This document shows, one piece after another, positions 1 to 8,212 of a stretch of 24,056 nucleotides of DNA (positions are counted from its first letter, which is position 1; every line of letters begins with the position of its first letter). Location of the stretch: positions 1 to 24,056 of the forward strand of contig JBGQMY010000019.1 in NCBI GenBank assembly GCA_041500865.1, in the 5' to 3' direction. The DNA is from Candidatus Micrarchaeia archaeon. GTDB taxonomy: Archaea; Micrarchaeota; Micrarchaeia; Anstonellales; J096. The position numbers were made by a program, and so were the translations under genes. The notes beneath the pieces are model-generated. The model searched no databases, was not told the origin of the DNA, and saw only the letters and a list, made by a program, of their open reading frames with translations.

Positions 1-30
1 CGATTTTCCGGAAGCGGGCTTCATGTCCAT
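1..30 (-). CDS. Probable 5' end of a gene running off the left edge (MDMKPASGKS...)
   Basis: ATG at 30-28 with an open frame to the window edge. TATA-like TTTAAAAATA lies on the minus strand at about 54-63, the expected spacing. Confidence 0.3.
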   Translation of the reverse strand, partial: MDMKPASGKS

Positions 31-114
31 ATCGCTTAATGTTGTATAATATGTATTTTAAAGGTTATTTAAGCCTGGAAATCCTCCTATACCAAATGGC
101 AGACTGTGCCAAAA

Positions 115-1302
115 CTAGCCCCTGACGAAGATTATCAGCACTGCCGCAGAAAATGCAGCTATGACCGCAGCCGCCATGAAGCCAACGACCGGTCCGGCAA
201 TGGCCCATAATGCCCCGACCATCAGGCTTGCCGGGAGATAGGCAACGCCGATGGCCGTGTTATAGGCGCCTATCGCAGTGCTGCGCCTTTCTTCAGGTAT
301 CATGTCGCTGATGTATGCCTTGTTCACGCTCTCGTCCAAGGCAACGAAGATGCCGTAAAGCCCGAACAGCAGCGCCGCATGCCACCAGGCTGTTGCCAAG
401 GCAAAGCCCGCGCAGATGGCCGCATATAGCGCGAACGCCCCTGCGATGACCGGCTTGCGGCCCATTCTGTCTGACAGCCACCCGCCAGGCACTGATGCGA
501 GCGCGTATATAATATTGTATAAGACGTAGAGCAGCAGGACGTCCTCAGGCTTCACGCCTATGTCGGCTGCGCGCAGTATGAAGAATGAGAAGCTGAAATA
601 GGAAAGCGAGAACAGCAGCGACACCTTGAGGAATGTCTTGTATTCGGCCGGCATTCCCTTCAGCGCCTCCCAGAAGGACTGCTTTTTCGCAGTCGCCGGG
701 GCTTCGGCTGCCTTTGGCTCGCGCACGAAAAATAGTATAACGGCAACCGCCAGGACAGCGGGTATTATCGCTATGAGGAAGGTGTTGCGGAAGCCTGTTT
801 CATTCGCGCCATATGCCGAAAGCAGCGCAAAAGCCAGCAACGGGCCTATTATTGCGCCTGCGGTGTCCATGGCGCGGTGCAGGCCGAACGCCCTGCCGCG
901 GATTTCCTTTTCTGCCGATGCGGCGATTATCGCGTCCCGCGGCGCAGTCCGCAGGCCTTTGCCTACGCGCTCCAGCCCGCGCATTATGAGGACCGTCCAC
1001 CAGGTTGTTGAAAGCGCGATGCCTATCTTGACTATTGATGAAAGGCCGTAGCCGAAAAGGACGAACTGCTTCCTTTTGCCGAGCCTGTCCGAGAAGTAGC
1101 CGGAAAATACCTCGATGATGCTCGCGGTGCTGTCAGCCACGCCCTCGACCAGGCCGACAATCTCCTTGCCTGCGCCAAGCACAAGCGTCAGAAACAGCGC
1201 TATGTTGGGAAAGACCATCTCGCTGGAAACGTCGGTCAGGAAGCTGACCACCCCGAGCGTTATTATTGCCGGGCTGATTTTGCCGTTATTGCCGTTGGCC
1301 AC
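115..1302 (-). CDS. MFS transporter
   Basis: 395 aa with about 12 hydrophobic segments. MFS motif A occurs twice (GYFSDRLGKRK, GWLSDRMGRK). It also has RGRAFGLHRAMDTAGA, typical of this MFS subfamily. Confidence 0.93.
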   Translation of the reverse strand: MANGNNGKISPAIITLGVVSFLTDVSSEMVFPNIALFLTLVLGAGKEIVGLVEGVADSTASIIEVFSGYFSDRLGKRKQFVLFGYGLSSIVKIGIALSTTWWTVLIMRGLERVGKGLRTAPRDAIIAASAEKEIRGRAFGLHRAMDTAGAIIGPLLAFALLSAYGANETGFRNTFLIAIIPAVLAVAVILFFVREPKAAEAPATAKKQSFWEALKGMPAEYKTFLKVSLLFSLSYFSFSFFILRAADIGVKPEDVLLLYVLYNIIYALASVPGGWLSDRMGRKPVIAGAFALYAAICAGFALATAWWHAALLFGLYGIFVALDESVNKAYISDMIPEERRSTAIGAYNTAIGVAYLPASLMVGALWAIAGPVVGFMAAAVIAAFSAAVLIIFVRG

Positions 1303-1415
1303 GCTAGCTTAACGCAGCGAGGCCTTAAAAAACTTGTTTTTTAGTTCCTTTTTCTCCATCCGGCAGGCCAACGACGAACGCGATTGCCGCAGGGCTTTTG
1401 CTATGCTGGGGTAGC

Positions 1416-1424
1416 AATTTAAAC
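1416..1424 (+). promoter_or_regulatory. Putative TATA box of tRNA-Trp
   Basis: AATTTAAAC about 31-39 nt upstream of the tRNA 5' end. Confidence 0.5.
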
Positions 1425-1454
1425 ATTTCCATGCCCATATATCCCTGGGTCTTT

Positions 1455-1555
1455 GGGGGTATAGTGCAACCAGGTAGCACGGCAGGCTCCAGGTTTTGCG
1501 CGAAAGCGCGATTAGAAGAAACCTGTAGGTCAGGGTTCAAATCCCTGTATCCCCA
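1455..1555 (+). tRNA. trnW: tRNA-Trp(CCA) with a 28-nt intron at 37/38 (intron 1493-1520)
   Basis: Acceptor stem GGGGGTA/TATCCCC plus discriminator A, D-stem GTGC/GCAC, anticodon stem GCAGG/CCTGT, anticodon CCA at 1489-1491, T-arm CAGGG-TTCAAAT-CCCTG. The intron contains a GCGC-GAAA-GCGC hairpin and a relaxed BHB. CCA end is not encoded. Confidence 0.93.
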
Positions 1556-1557
1556 AC

Positions 1558-1768
1558 CCTTTTTCTTTCCCAGGGGAACCAAGGTCTTCAGCAAAAACGG
1601 CTCGGCTTGAGGCTCAACCTTCCTTTTCTTTGACCTTTTTCTTTAGAAAAAAGGCTTTGCCCAAAAAAGCGTTTCTTTTCGTTAAACCGTTTTCTTTTTG
1701 AAAGAGAAGGGCTGTTCAACCAAAAGGAAGCCACTTTGGAAAAAGAAGCCATCTGCGGGAAAGAAAGG
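1558..1768 (+). repeat. tRNA-3'-associated palindromic repeat element, about 3 degenerate units
   Basis: Hairpins at 1558-1584, 1634-1654 (CCTTTTTCT-TT-AGAAAAAAGG) and 1690-1708. Followed by CCAAAAGGAAGCCACTTTGGAAAAAGAAGCC and CTGCGGGAAAGAAA, motifs shared with the other tRNA 3' flanks. Confidence 0.7.
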
Positions 1769-1803
1769 AGGCCAAGCTAAGGTTTAAATAGAATTACGGG
1801 CAA

Positions 1804-2721
1804 ATGAGCAATGTGGAAGACAAAAGCGGCATGATCATAATAATGGCGATAGCAATCATAGCGATAACCGGAGCCGCCCTCTACTTCTCAAACGTCGCGC
1901 TGAAGAAGCCGACTGCGGTGCTCTACCTGGAGCAGGGCGCAGTATCAGTAAACGCGGGCAAGGGATGGGAAACTGCCAGCAACCAGATGCAGCTCTACGA
2001 GGGCTATTCGGTAAAGACTTCAGCCAACGGAAAGGCGACCATAGTGTTCTCCGACGCCACGATATCCAGGCTCGAGCCCGGAACCGAGGTGAAAATACAG
2101 AGTTTAGAAGCCGGGCAGGTGAGCCTTGCGCAGGCGAGCGGGAAAACATGGAACAAGGTCGAGGACATAAGCGGCATAAAGTCGTACAAGGTGACAACGC
2201 CGAACGCGGTCGCGCTCGTAAAGGGAACCGCGTTCCAGATAAGTTCAAGCGACCTCATGGTGAATGAGGGCATAGTGGACTATACGGCAGACGGCGCAAG
2301 CTATGACGCGCCGGCAGGCAAGGTCTTTTACGTGGAAAACGGCAAGGTCATGAGCAGGGACATGACAAGCGACGAGAAAAAGGCGCTCAGGGCCCAGGTC
2401 ATAAGCGACATCGTCACGCTAAAGTCCTCGATGATAAAGATAATACGTGATGAGCCTGAGGCAAGCTCCTACTTCAGCGGCATGAGCGACATGCAGATAT
2501 TCGACCTGCTGCTCAACAACAGGACAGAGGTGGACTACAACCCCGGCCAGTTCGGCCTTGTGCTCAGCAACGAAGAAGGCCAGACAGTCACTTTGGACAA
2601 GGTTGTGGGAAAGCAGACCCCTGCCATAGGAAGGGTGCTGCAGATAACGCAGAAGATAAGGGGCTACATCTCAAAGTATGGCATAACCACTGACGAACTG
2701 AAGGCCGCGCTAATGCAATGA
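1804..2721 (+). CDS. Membrane-anchored FecR-domain protein
   Basis: N-terminal TM helix. FecR-like pattern (LYEGYSVKT..GKATIVFSDATISRLEPGT..VTTPNAVALVKGTAF). The true start could be GTG 1813 or ATG 1831, given the TATA TTTAAATA at 1783-1790. Confidence 0.8.
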   Translation: MSNVEDKSGMIIIMAIAIIAITGAALYFSNVALKKPTAVLYLEQGAVSVNAGKGWETASNQMQLYEGYSVKTSANGKATIVFSDATISRLEPGTEVKIQSLEAGQVSLAQASGKTWNKVEDISGIKSYKVTTPNAVALVKGTAFQISSSDLMVNEGIVDYTADGASYDAPAGKVFYVENGKVMSRDMTSDEKKALRAQVISDIVTLKSSMIKIIRDEPEASSYFSGMSDMQIFDLLLNNRTEVDYNPGQFGLVLSNEEGQTVTLDKVVGKQTPAIGRVLQITQKIRGYISKYGITTDELKAALMQ

Positions 2722-2724
2722 CCC

Positions 2725-3291
2725 TTACTGGTACGCCTCTATTTTTTCCCAGTCCCTGGAGAATGCGATTGTCCTGTACGTGTACCAGTCGCAGTGCCTC
2801 CATCCATCCGCGGAAAGCCCGGCTTTGTATGAAAGCTCGGCAAGGAATCCGCTGACGTTCGGAAGCGACTGCCACACGTCCGGAAGGAACGTGGCCCTGT
2901 TCCATCCCCTCTCTATTATTACGCCGCATCTTTCTTTTGAGATGTAGTCCGCGAACTCCTTTTCAGTGCCATTGAACCTTTCCTTCGGCGTAAGCACGGA
3001 CACCTCGATGTTGAGGCCGTCCAGCTCCTTCCTGGACACCGCATCGAACCTCGGGTCCCCGAACGCCGCATTGATTGCGTTCTTTGAGACGTCCTCCGCC
3101 AGGTCCCTGCACGCCTCGAGCGTGCCTATGCATCCCCTGAGCTCGCCCTTTTCCATAAGGGTGACAAAGGCCGCGCCCTGGAACCCAATCGGCTTTACAT
3201 CCGGCTTCCTGCCGTGCTCAAGGTGGAATGAAATCGAGTGCTTCGCAACAGAGAGAAGGTAGCCTTTGTTCCTGTCGTCAAGGCCGTCCAT
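2725..3291 (-). CDS. amrA: AMMECR1-domain protein (AmmeMemoRadiSam system protein A)
   Basis: Signature FVTL..ELRGCIG, AAFGDPRF, IEVSVLT and RATFLPDVW. Confidence 0.92.
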   Translation of the reverse strand: MDGLDDRNKGYLLSVAKHSISFHLEHGRKPDVKPIGFQGAAFVTLMEKGELRGCIGTLEACRDLAEDVSKNAINAAFGDPRFDAVSRKELDGLNIEVSVLTPKERFNGTEKEFADYISKERCGVIIERGWNRATFLPDVWQSLPNVSGFLAELSYKAGLSADGWRHCDWYTYRTIAFSRDWEKIEAYQ

Positions 3292-3373
3292 GGCTTAGCT
3301 TCCGGAAAATTCTTTAAATAGGGCGATGCCAAAGGTTTTTAAGCATCGGAAAAGGAATGAGTGCGGTGTTAGA

Positions 3374-4150
3374 TTGGATATCTTCATGAGCTACGGCGAA
3401 TACGGGCAGTACAAATCTTCAAACGTAAAAGCGGAAAGGTTCGACGCAAACGGCCTGCAGCGCATGGTTGCGGACACCCTGGAAAGGATAGGGCTCAATG
3501 GATTCAGGTATTCGGGGCTTGCTGAAACAGGGCGGGTTGAGAAAGAGGTTGCAGAGGAGGCCGCCGAATCCGGCATCGCGATTATCGGCTCCAAAAAGGC
3601 AGTTGAATGGGCAAAGGCGCTTTGCGCAGGCAACCCGAAGCTCAAGCCATTGGCGCAGGGCTTCATTGTAGGCCTTGCGCTCAAGCATTCTGGCATGCCA
3701 TACAAGGTTTCAGGCAGCATGTTTGGGGGCGGAATGCCAAAGGCGGAAAGCGCGGCAAGGCCCGGCGAGATGGGCTTCGCAATCGCATTCGGCGGAAGCA
3801 GCGAAAACACGGTGGTGAAGAAGATAAGCCTCAAGGGAGCTCAGCCATACGAGGTCGGCTACTTTTTGACTAGCGTGCACAATGCGGCAACAAGGCTGCT
3901 GATAAGGTCAAAGGGCGTGAGCATAAGCCCGATGCAGAAGGAAAAGAAGGACATGAAGAGGCTTGTTGATGCGCTAAAGAAATCCGGCTTGCCAGGCGGC
4001 TTTGAGGGGTTTGTCAAAATCATCACCATATGCAGCGCCTACGACACCATGCCTTTCCCCATGCAGAGGCAGTTCCTCAAGATATACAAGGACCTGCCAA
4101 AGCCCAGGAGGATGGAAAAGGTGGCTCAGCCCATAGAGCCCTTCATCTGA
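3374..4150 (+). CDS. DUF2666-like archaeal protein
   Basis: VVKKISLKG..YEVGYFLTSVHN and the C-terminal KIYKDLPKPR resemble DUF2666. In-frame TTG at 3374 follows a GGTG RBS (alternative ATG 3386). TATA TTTTTAAG at about 3335-3343. Confidence 0.55.
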   Translation: MDIFMSYGEYGQYKSSNVKAERFDANGLQRMVADTLERIGLNGFRYSGLAETGRVEKEVAEEAAESGIAIIGSKKAVEWAKALCAGNPKLKPLAQGFIVGLALKHSGMPYKVSGSMFGGGMPKAESAARPGEMGFAIAFGGSSENTVVKKISLKGAQPYEVGYFLTSVHNAATRLLIRSKGVSISPMQKEKKDMKRLVDALKKSGLPGGFEGFVKIITICSAYDTMPFPMQRQFLKIYKDLPKPRRMEKVAQPIEPFI

Positions 4151-4962
4151 GCAAGCATGAACTCCAGGTCCCTGTAGTCGACGCCTTCGGGCATCATGCC
4201 AAGGAAGTCGCCCTTGACCAAATCCAGGAGCTTCTCGTCCTTCGGTATCACTATCATGAGGTGGCCGTTCTCGTTCATGCCAAGGCCGATGAGGCCAAGG
4301 AACTCCTCCGGAGACTTCGGCTCAAAGTCATCCGTGTTGAGCAGCACCCACTTGCTGTTCTCTATGCCGAAAAGGCCAATCTCCATGCTTTTGTTTTCGG
4401 CGTTGTAAAGCGTTGATATCCTCTCAAACTCCCTTGCGACCTCGGCCTTGCGGAAGCTTTCGGGCATCCTTTCCGCCGCGTCCCTGAGCAGCTCTATGGC
4501 CTTCGCCCATTCGCCAGAGGAATACAGCACCTTGGAGTAGACGATGTACGGCTCGCTTGCCTGCGGCTGCATCGCAATGAGCCTCTCAAGCGATTTCCTT
4601 GCCGCGTCTACGTCCTGCTGCTCAAGCAAAAGCAGAGACTCGAGAAAAAGCCTAGTCTGCTCGTCCGTTTCGCTGTCAACAAGCTTCCTGGCTGCGGCGT
4701 GGTCGCCCATGCCGAGCAGTATGGCAAACCTCTTTGTGCTGAGCTTTATGCCCTCTGACTCCGCCTTGTCGATATACCCCCTTGCATTGGCCAAGTACTT
4801 TTTTTCGCCGCTCATCTGGTACATTACGACGTTGATGTCCGAAAGGAGCTCATATGCCGCGTTGTCCCCCCCCTCTAGCCTGGCCTTTGCCTCGTACATT
4901 GCGGTGTCGTATTCCCCGTCTGCGGCCTCCTTTATTATCCGCTCGTATTCATTGCGTTCCAT
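4126..4962 (-). CDS. Tetratricopeptide-repeat protein
   Basis: TPR-like helical pairs (AARKSLERLIAMQPQASEPYIVYSKVLYSSGEWAKAIELLRDAAERMP). ATG 4962 overlaps the dph6 stop region. Confidence 0.7.
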   Translation of the reverse strand: MERNEYERIIKEAADGEYDTAMYEAKARLEGGDNAAYELLSDINVVMYQMSGEKKYLANARGYIDKAESEGIKLSTKRFAILLGMGDHAAARKLVDSETDEQTRLFLESLLLLEQQDVDAARKSLERLIAMQPQASEPYIVYSKVLYSSGEWAKAIELLRDAAERMPESFRKAEVAREFERISTLYNAENKSMEIGLFGIENSKWVLLNTDDFEPKSPEEFLGLIGLGMNENGHLMIVIPKDEKLLDLVKGDFLGMMPEGVDYRDLEFMLAQMKGSMG

Positions 4963-5605
4963 GGCCAGCACCTTTTTCCACAAGCAAAGCGTCTCGTATC
5001 ATGAGTTCGGCAGTGTCCCCTTTTGATGTCATTTCGCTATCCGTTATTGTTATTCTCTGTTTAAAAAATGGGGCGTCAAGCACGGCCGTCTCCCCTTCCC
5101 CGCCCTCCAGGAACGGATGCACGTAATCATGGTATATCCTGAACGGCTTTCCGACGTCCTCCTTCCTTATTCCGTAGCCGGACGCCCTGACAAGCATTAT
5201 CTCCATATAACTGAAATCTGCCATCACCGCGGCGTTTCTGTGCCACAGGAACGAATAAGCCGGGATGCCCAGCGACTCCCCGATGTAATCTACCCTTTGC
5301 TTTTGGTACTCGCTTTCAACCGCGCCTGAGCTTATGCCGCCCATCCCGAACCTGGCAAGATGCCCGAGCATCTCCTCCACCTCCTTTTCCTTCTCCCCCG
5401 AAACGTTCAGCATGTGGTGCTCCATCCCCATGGCCTTTGCCTGCAATGGCGCAAGCGAAAGGCACGGCTTGTGCAGCATGTACGAATCGTCCGCCTTTGG
5501 CACGAACGTGAAAAGGACCGGCTCAAACCCCATTGACGCGGTGTAGAACGCAGCAAGGGTGGAATCCTTGCCTCCGCTGAAAAGGACCGCCACCCTTTCC
5601 CTCAT
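4949..5605 (-). CDS. dph6: Diphthine--ammonia ligase / N-type ATP pyrophosphatase (Dph6 family)
   Basis: PP-loop VLFSGGKDS, DSYMLH, SGAVESEYQKQR, LEGGEGETAVLDAPFFK. Start reassigned to ATG 5605. Confidence 0.88.
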   Translation of the reverse strand: MRERVAVLFSGGKDSTLAAFYTASMGFEPVLFTFVPKADDSYMLHKPCLSLAPLQAKAMGMEHHMLNVSGEKEKEVEEMLGHLARFGMGGISSGAVESEYQKQRVDYIGESLGIPAYSFLWHRNAAVMADFSYMEIMLVRASGYGIRKEDVGKPFRIYHDYVHPFLEGGEGETAVLDAPFFKQRITITDSEMTSKGDTAELMIRDALLVEKGAGHGTQ

Positions 5606-5609
5606 GCAA

Positions 5610-6863
5610 TCAGCTGCCGAACCTGTATTTCGGGCCTTGGCCTGCATCGCCGCCCTTGCCTTCCGGGCCGCTGCCGCCATGATGCCTGCTTAGCATATAA
5701 TACGCTATCACTCCGATTATGGCTAGGAACGCAACGATAAGCACTATGGCTATTGCGCCCACCATGAACAGGCTGGGCTGGGCTGCCGCCGAAGGCTGCG
5801 AAGTTGTTGCGTTGGCGGCCGTTTGCGTCTGATTCGTCGTTGTCACATTCTGTATGACCACGACCTTCTTTGCCCTCTTCTGCAGCTCCGATATCGATAT
5901 GTTCTCTGCTATTGCCAGCGAAGCGACTATGTCCGTATCCTCCAGAGACTTGGAGAGGTTAAGCTGCTGCTGCGCCCAAAGCGTGTATTCGTCCTTTGTC
6001 GCATTCGCTATGTATGCCTCAAGCATGGCCGAAAGGCTGAGATATTCCTTGACCTTCTCCGATACGTTGACTATCTCCATGAAGTGCAGCGTGGAATTGT
6101 CGGAGCAGACAAGGAGCGTCGCATTGCCGATAATGCACCTGTTGAACACCGTTTCGCTGGACCTGAATGTTTTGCCCAGCATCAGCAGGTAGACGCCAGC
6201 GCTGGTCGGAGACGCTATGATGGTGCCGTTTCCATTCCTGTACACGGAAACGCCGTTTATGGCAACGTCGCCGAGGTCTATCCTGTCAACTTCAGAGAAT
6301 GAAGCGTTGAAAATCAGTATGGTGCTGTTGTTTAGGGGGGCATATATCCTGTCGCCGTCCGTGCCTATGCCGTTGAACGTGAGCGATGAGTATGCAAAGG
6401 ACAGCCCTCTTGTCATGTTCCCGTACTGGTCCGTGCCCCTTATTCCGCCATATCCCGTAAGCATTATATACCGGCCCTGATAATCCTTTATCTCCTTTAT
6501 GTTGTAGAAATCGAAGGGCGTGTCAATGTTCGGTATCGTCTGGTAAACTGCAAGCGGAGTGGTATACATTATCCTGCCGTTGGACATGCTGTTTACGCAG
6601 TTTACCTCCGTGCTCTGCACGCTCCTTTGGGATATTTCCATGGACGGGAACTGCAAAACGTAGATGTATGGCATTGCGCCGCCCTGGGCTGAAAAGTACA
6701 CTGTGCCGTCGTACCAGTCGAAGCACGACAGGTTCAGGTTTGTGTTGTATGCGGCAACCTCGTTCAGCACGTATTCCGACTGCGCGTGCAAAAGCGTGAA
6801 CGCTATTATTGTGCTAAGAAAGAATGTCGTCCAAATTTGTGTCTTCCGGCATGCTGATTGCAT
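5610..6863 (-). CDS. Secreted, C-terminally membrane-anchored hypothetical surface protein
   Basis: Signal peptide (RKT, hydrophobic run, AQS), beta-rich N-region, Thr/Gln-rich linker, C-terminal TM helix and many N-x-S/T sequons. Confidence 0.7.
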   Translation of the reverse strand: MQSACRKTQIWTTFFLSTIIAFTLLHAQSEYVLNEVAAYNTNLNLSCFDWYDGTVYFSAQGGAMPYIYVLQFPSMEISQRSVQSTEVNCVNSMSNGRIMYTTPLAVYQTIPNIDTPFDFYNIKEIKDYQGRYIMLTGYGGIRGTDQYGNMTRGLSFAYSSLTFNGIGTDGDRIYAPLNNSTILIFNASFSEVDRIDLGDVAINGVSVYRNGNGTIIASPTSAGVYLLMLGKTFRSSETVFNRCIIGNATLLVCSDNSTLHFMEIVNVSEKVKEYLSLSAMLEAYIANATKDEYTLWAQQQLNLSKSLEDTDIVASLAIAENISISELQKRAKKVVVIQNVTTTNQTQTAANATTSQPSAAAQPSLFMVGAIAIVLIVAFLAIIGVIAYYMLSRHHGGSGPEGKGGDAGQGPKYRFGS

Positions 6864-7047
6864 TTATGTCAACCCCTTTTTTCCTCTCTTCGTTCTGCGG
6901 ATATATCTCTACCTGGATGGTCGAGTTGCAGTGCGGGCACTTGCCGAATATCGACATGTGCGACTCCTTCAGCTCGGTGGAGAGGCTGAACGAAACGTCC
7001 CTTCCGCAGTTCTTGCAGGCCAGCCTCCTCAGCTCCATGCTTTCCAT
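6814..7047 (-). CDS. Small zinc-ribbon protein
   Basis: CKNC...CPHC with an acidic tail. Minus-strand TATA (TTTTAAAC) at about 7059-7066. Confidence 0.7.
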   Translation of the reverse strand: MESMELRRLACKNCGRDVSFSLSTELKESHMSIFGKCPHCNSTIQVEIYPQNEERKKGVDINAISMPEDTNLDDILS

Positions 7048-7100
7048 GGAGAGGAAAGGTTTAAAAGACCGTTTTTTGGGCTATTCGGGTCGCTGCCGGA

Positions 7101-7277
7101 TTATTTTTTGAAGGAGAGCAGATAGCTCCCCACAACAACCAGAATTAGCGATATGAGAGTTGAAGAAATCAGATACATCGAAGTGTTGGATGGCCATATG
7201 ATGGGGACCATGCTCATGAAAATAATCCCAAATGCAAAAAGTATATATCCTATGAATTTTTCCATGTCCAATGCCAT
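7101..7277 (-). CDS. 58-aa two-TM small membrane protein (not in ORF track)
   Basis: Translates to MALDMEKFIGYILFAFGIIFMSMVPIIWPSNTSMYLISSTLISLILVVVGSYLLSFKK*. Minus-strand TTTATATA box at about 7300-7307. Confidence 0.65.
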   Translation of the reverse strand: MALDMEKFIGYILFAFGIIFMSMVPIIWPSNTSMYLISSTLISLILVVVGSYLLSFKK

Positions 7278-7365
7278 GCGCTTCGTTTGGTTTCTTTAGT
7301 ATATAAATTTTTCGCCTGCGTTGGCGCCCATCGTTATAAATATATTTCTGCACAAAAGGGCAACC

Positions 7366-8019
7366 ATGGCAGGCGCGGAAAAGCAATTGACCCCGAATGA
7401 GCAAAAGGAAATTGAAAAGCAGAGGGCCGCAAACAAGATTATTGAAAAAACGGGAGGGTATGTTTCAACCGAGTTCGCCGCAAGGGCAAAGGCGCTGGCA
7501 ACAGAGGACGCCGCCTACAAGGCCGGGATGGAAAAACTCTTTGGCGCCAAAATCCCGGACGGGCAGTGGGATGCGATAAAGGCCGGGGCCGACAAAAGGA
7601 GGGACGACTTCAGGCAAAGCGAAAGGGATGAGATAGGAAAGTACAAGGACAGCGAAAAGTCAAGGATAATGGCTAAATTTTTGGAGGACAGAAAACCCCT
7701 AATGGATCAAAAAACCATGCTTGTGAAGGACCATGTCGCAATGAAAGCGCTCGTTGATGGAAAAAATGCCGAACTGTCAAAGCTTGAGGATGATGTGGCA
7801 GCCAGGTATGCCAACCTGCGGGACATGGGCTACATGCTGCCCAGATACTGCGAATTCATCGCCGAAGAGGCAATCAGGCAGACCGGGGTCACGCCGGACA
7901 AGACAGTGACGCAATTGGCTGCCGAGATAAGGAAGATAAGGGAAGACGCAAGCGCCACATACAAGGATACTTTTGTTGCCGCGAAAAAGACCTTTGATGT
8001 TGCTGTTAACGAGAAATAG
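7366..8019 (+). CDS. Hypothetical charged alpha-helical/coiled-coil protein
   Basis: Long ORF with host-like codon usage, rich in K/E/A. TTATAAATA box at 7334-7342 precedes ATG 7366. Confidence 0.7.
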   Translation: MAGAEKQLTPNEQKEIEKQRAANKIIEKTGGYVSTEFAARAKALATEDAAYKAGMEKLFGAKIPDGQWDAIKAGADKRRDDFRQSERDEIGKYKDSEKSRIMAKFLEDRKPLMDQKTMLVKDHVAMKALVDGKNAELSKLEDDVAARYANLRDMGYMLPRYCEFIAEEAIRQTGVTPDKTVTQLAAEIRKIREDASATYKDTFVAAKKTFDVAVNEK

Positions 8020-8035
8020 GCGGAGAAACCACAGT

Positions 8036-8135
8036 TCCACAAAACGCTTTCTTTTTCCCCAAATGATTTTGCGCCAACAGGCGCCTAAAGTAGCTTCTTT
8101 TGGGGTGAAGACTTTTTCTTCTCTGAAAAAAAAGG
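8036..8135 (-). repeat. tRNA-3'-associated palindromic repeat element
   Basis: Minus strand reads CTTTTTTTTC-AGA-GAAGAAAAAG, TCTTCACCCCAAAAGAAGCTACTTT, GCGCC-TGTT-GGCGC, GGGGAAAAAGAAAGCGTTTTGTGG. Confidence 0.7.
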
Positions 8136-8140
8136 ATCAT

Positions 8141-8212
8141 TGGACCCTAGGGGATTTGAACCCCTGGCCTCTCCCGTGCGAGGGGAGCGATCTACCACTG
8201 ATCTAAGGGCCC
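8141..8212 (-). tRNA. trnA: tRNA-Ala(CGC)
   Basis: GGGCCCT...AGGGTCC-A with the G3:U70 Ala identity pair. Anticodon arm CTCCC-CT-CGC-AC-GGGAG, T-arm AGGGG-TTCAAAT-CCCCT. Confidence 0.96.

Noticed and set aside
1455..1555. tRNA with an extra arm read as tRNA-Sec or an opal suppressor, or evidence of a recoded genome
   Set aside because: The extra sequence is in the anticodon loop (an intron), the anticodon is CCA, and TGA is used as a normal stop in several genes here.
1325..1610. ORFs 1325-1594(-) and 1398-1610(+)
   Set aside because: They overlap tRNA-Trp and its trailer, and are shadow ORFs.
2725..3291. Complete AmmeMemoRadiSam system
   Set aside because: Only the AMMECR1 component is present. 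No Memo or radical SAM gene is in the window.
7081..7404. 107-aa ORF on the minus strand
   Set aside because: It has an unnatural His-rich composition and overlaps a promoter and the next gene. The 58-aa ORF in another frame explains the region better.
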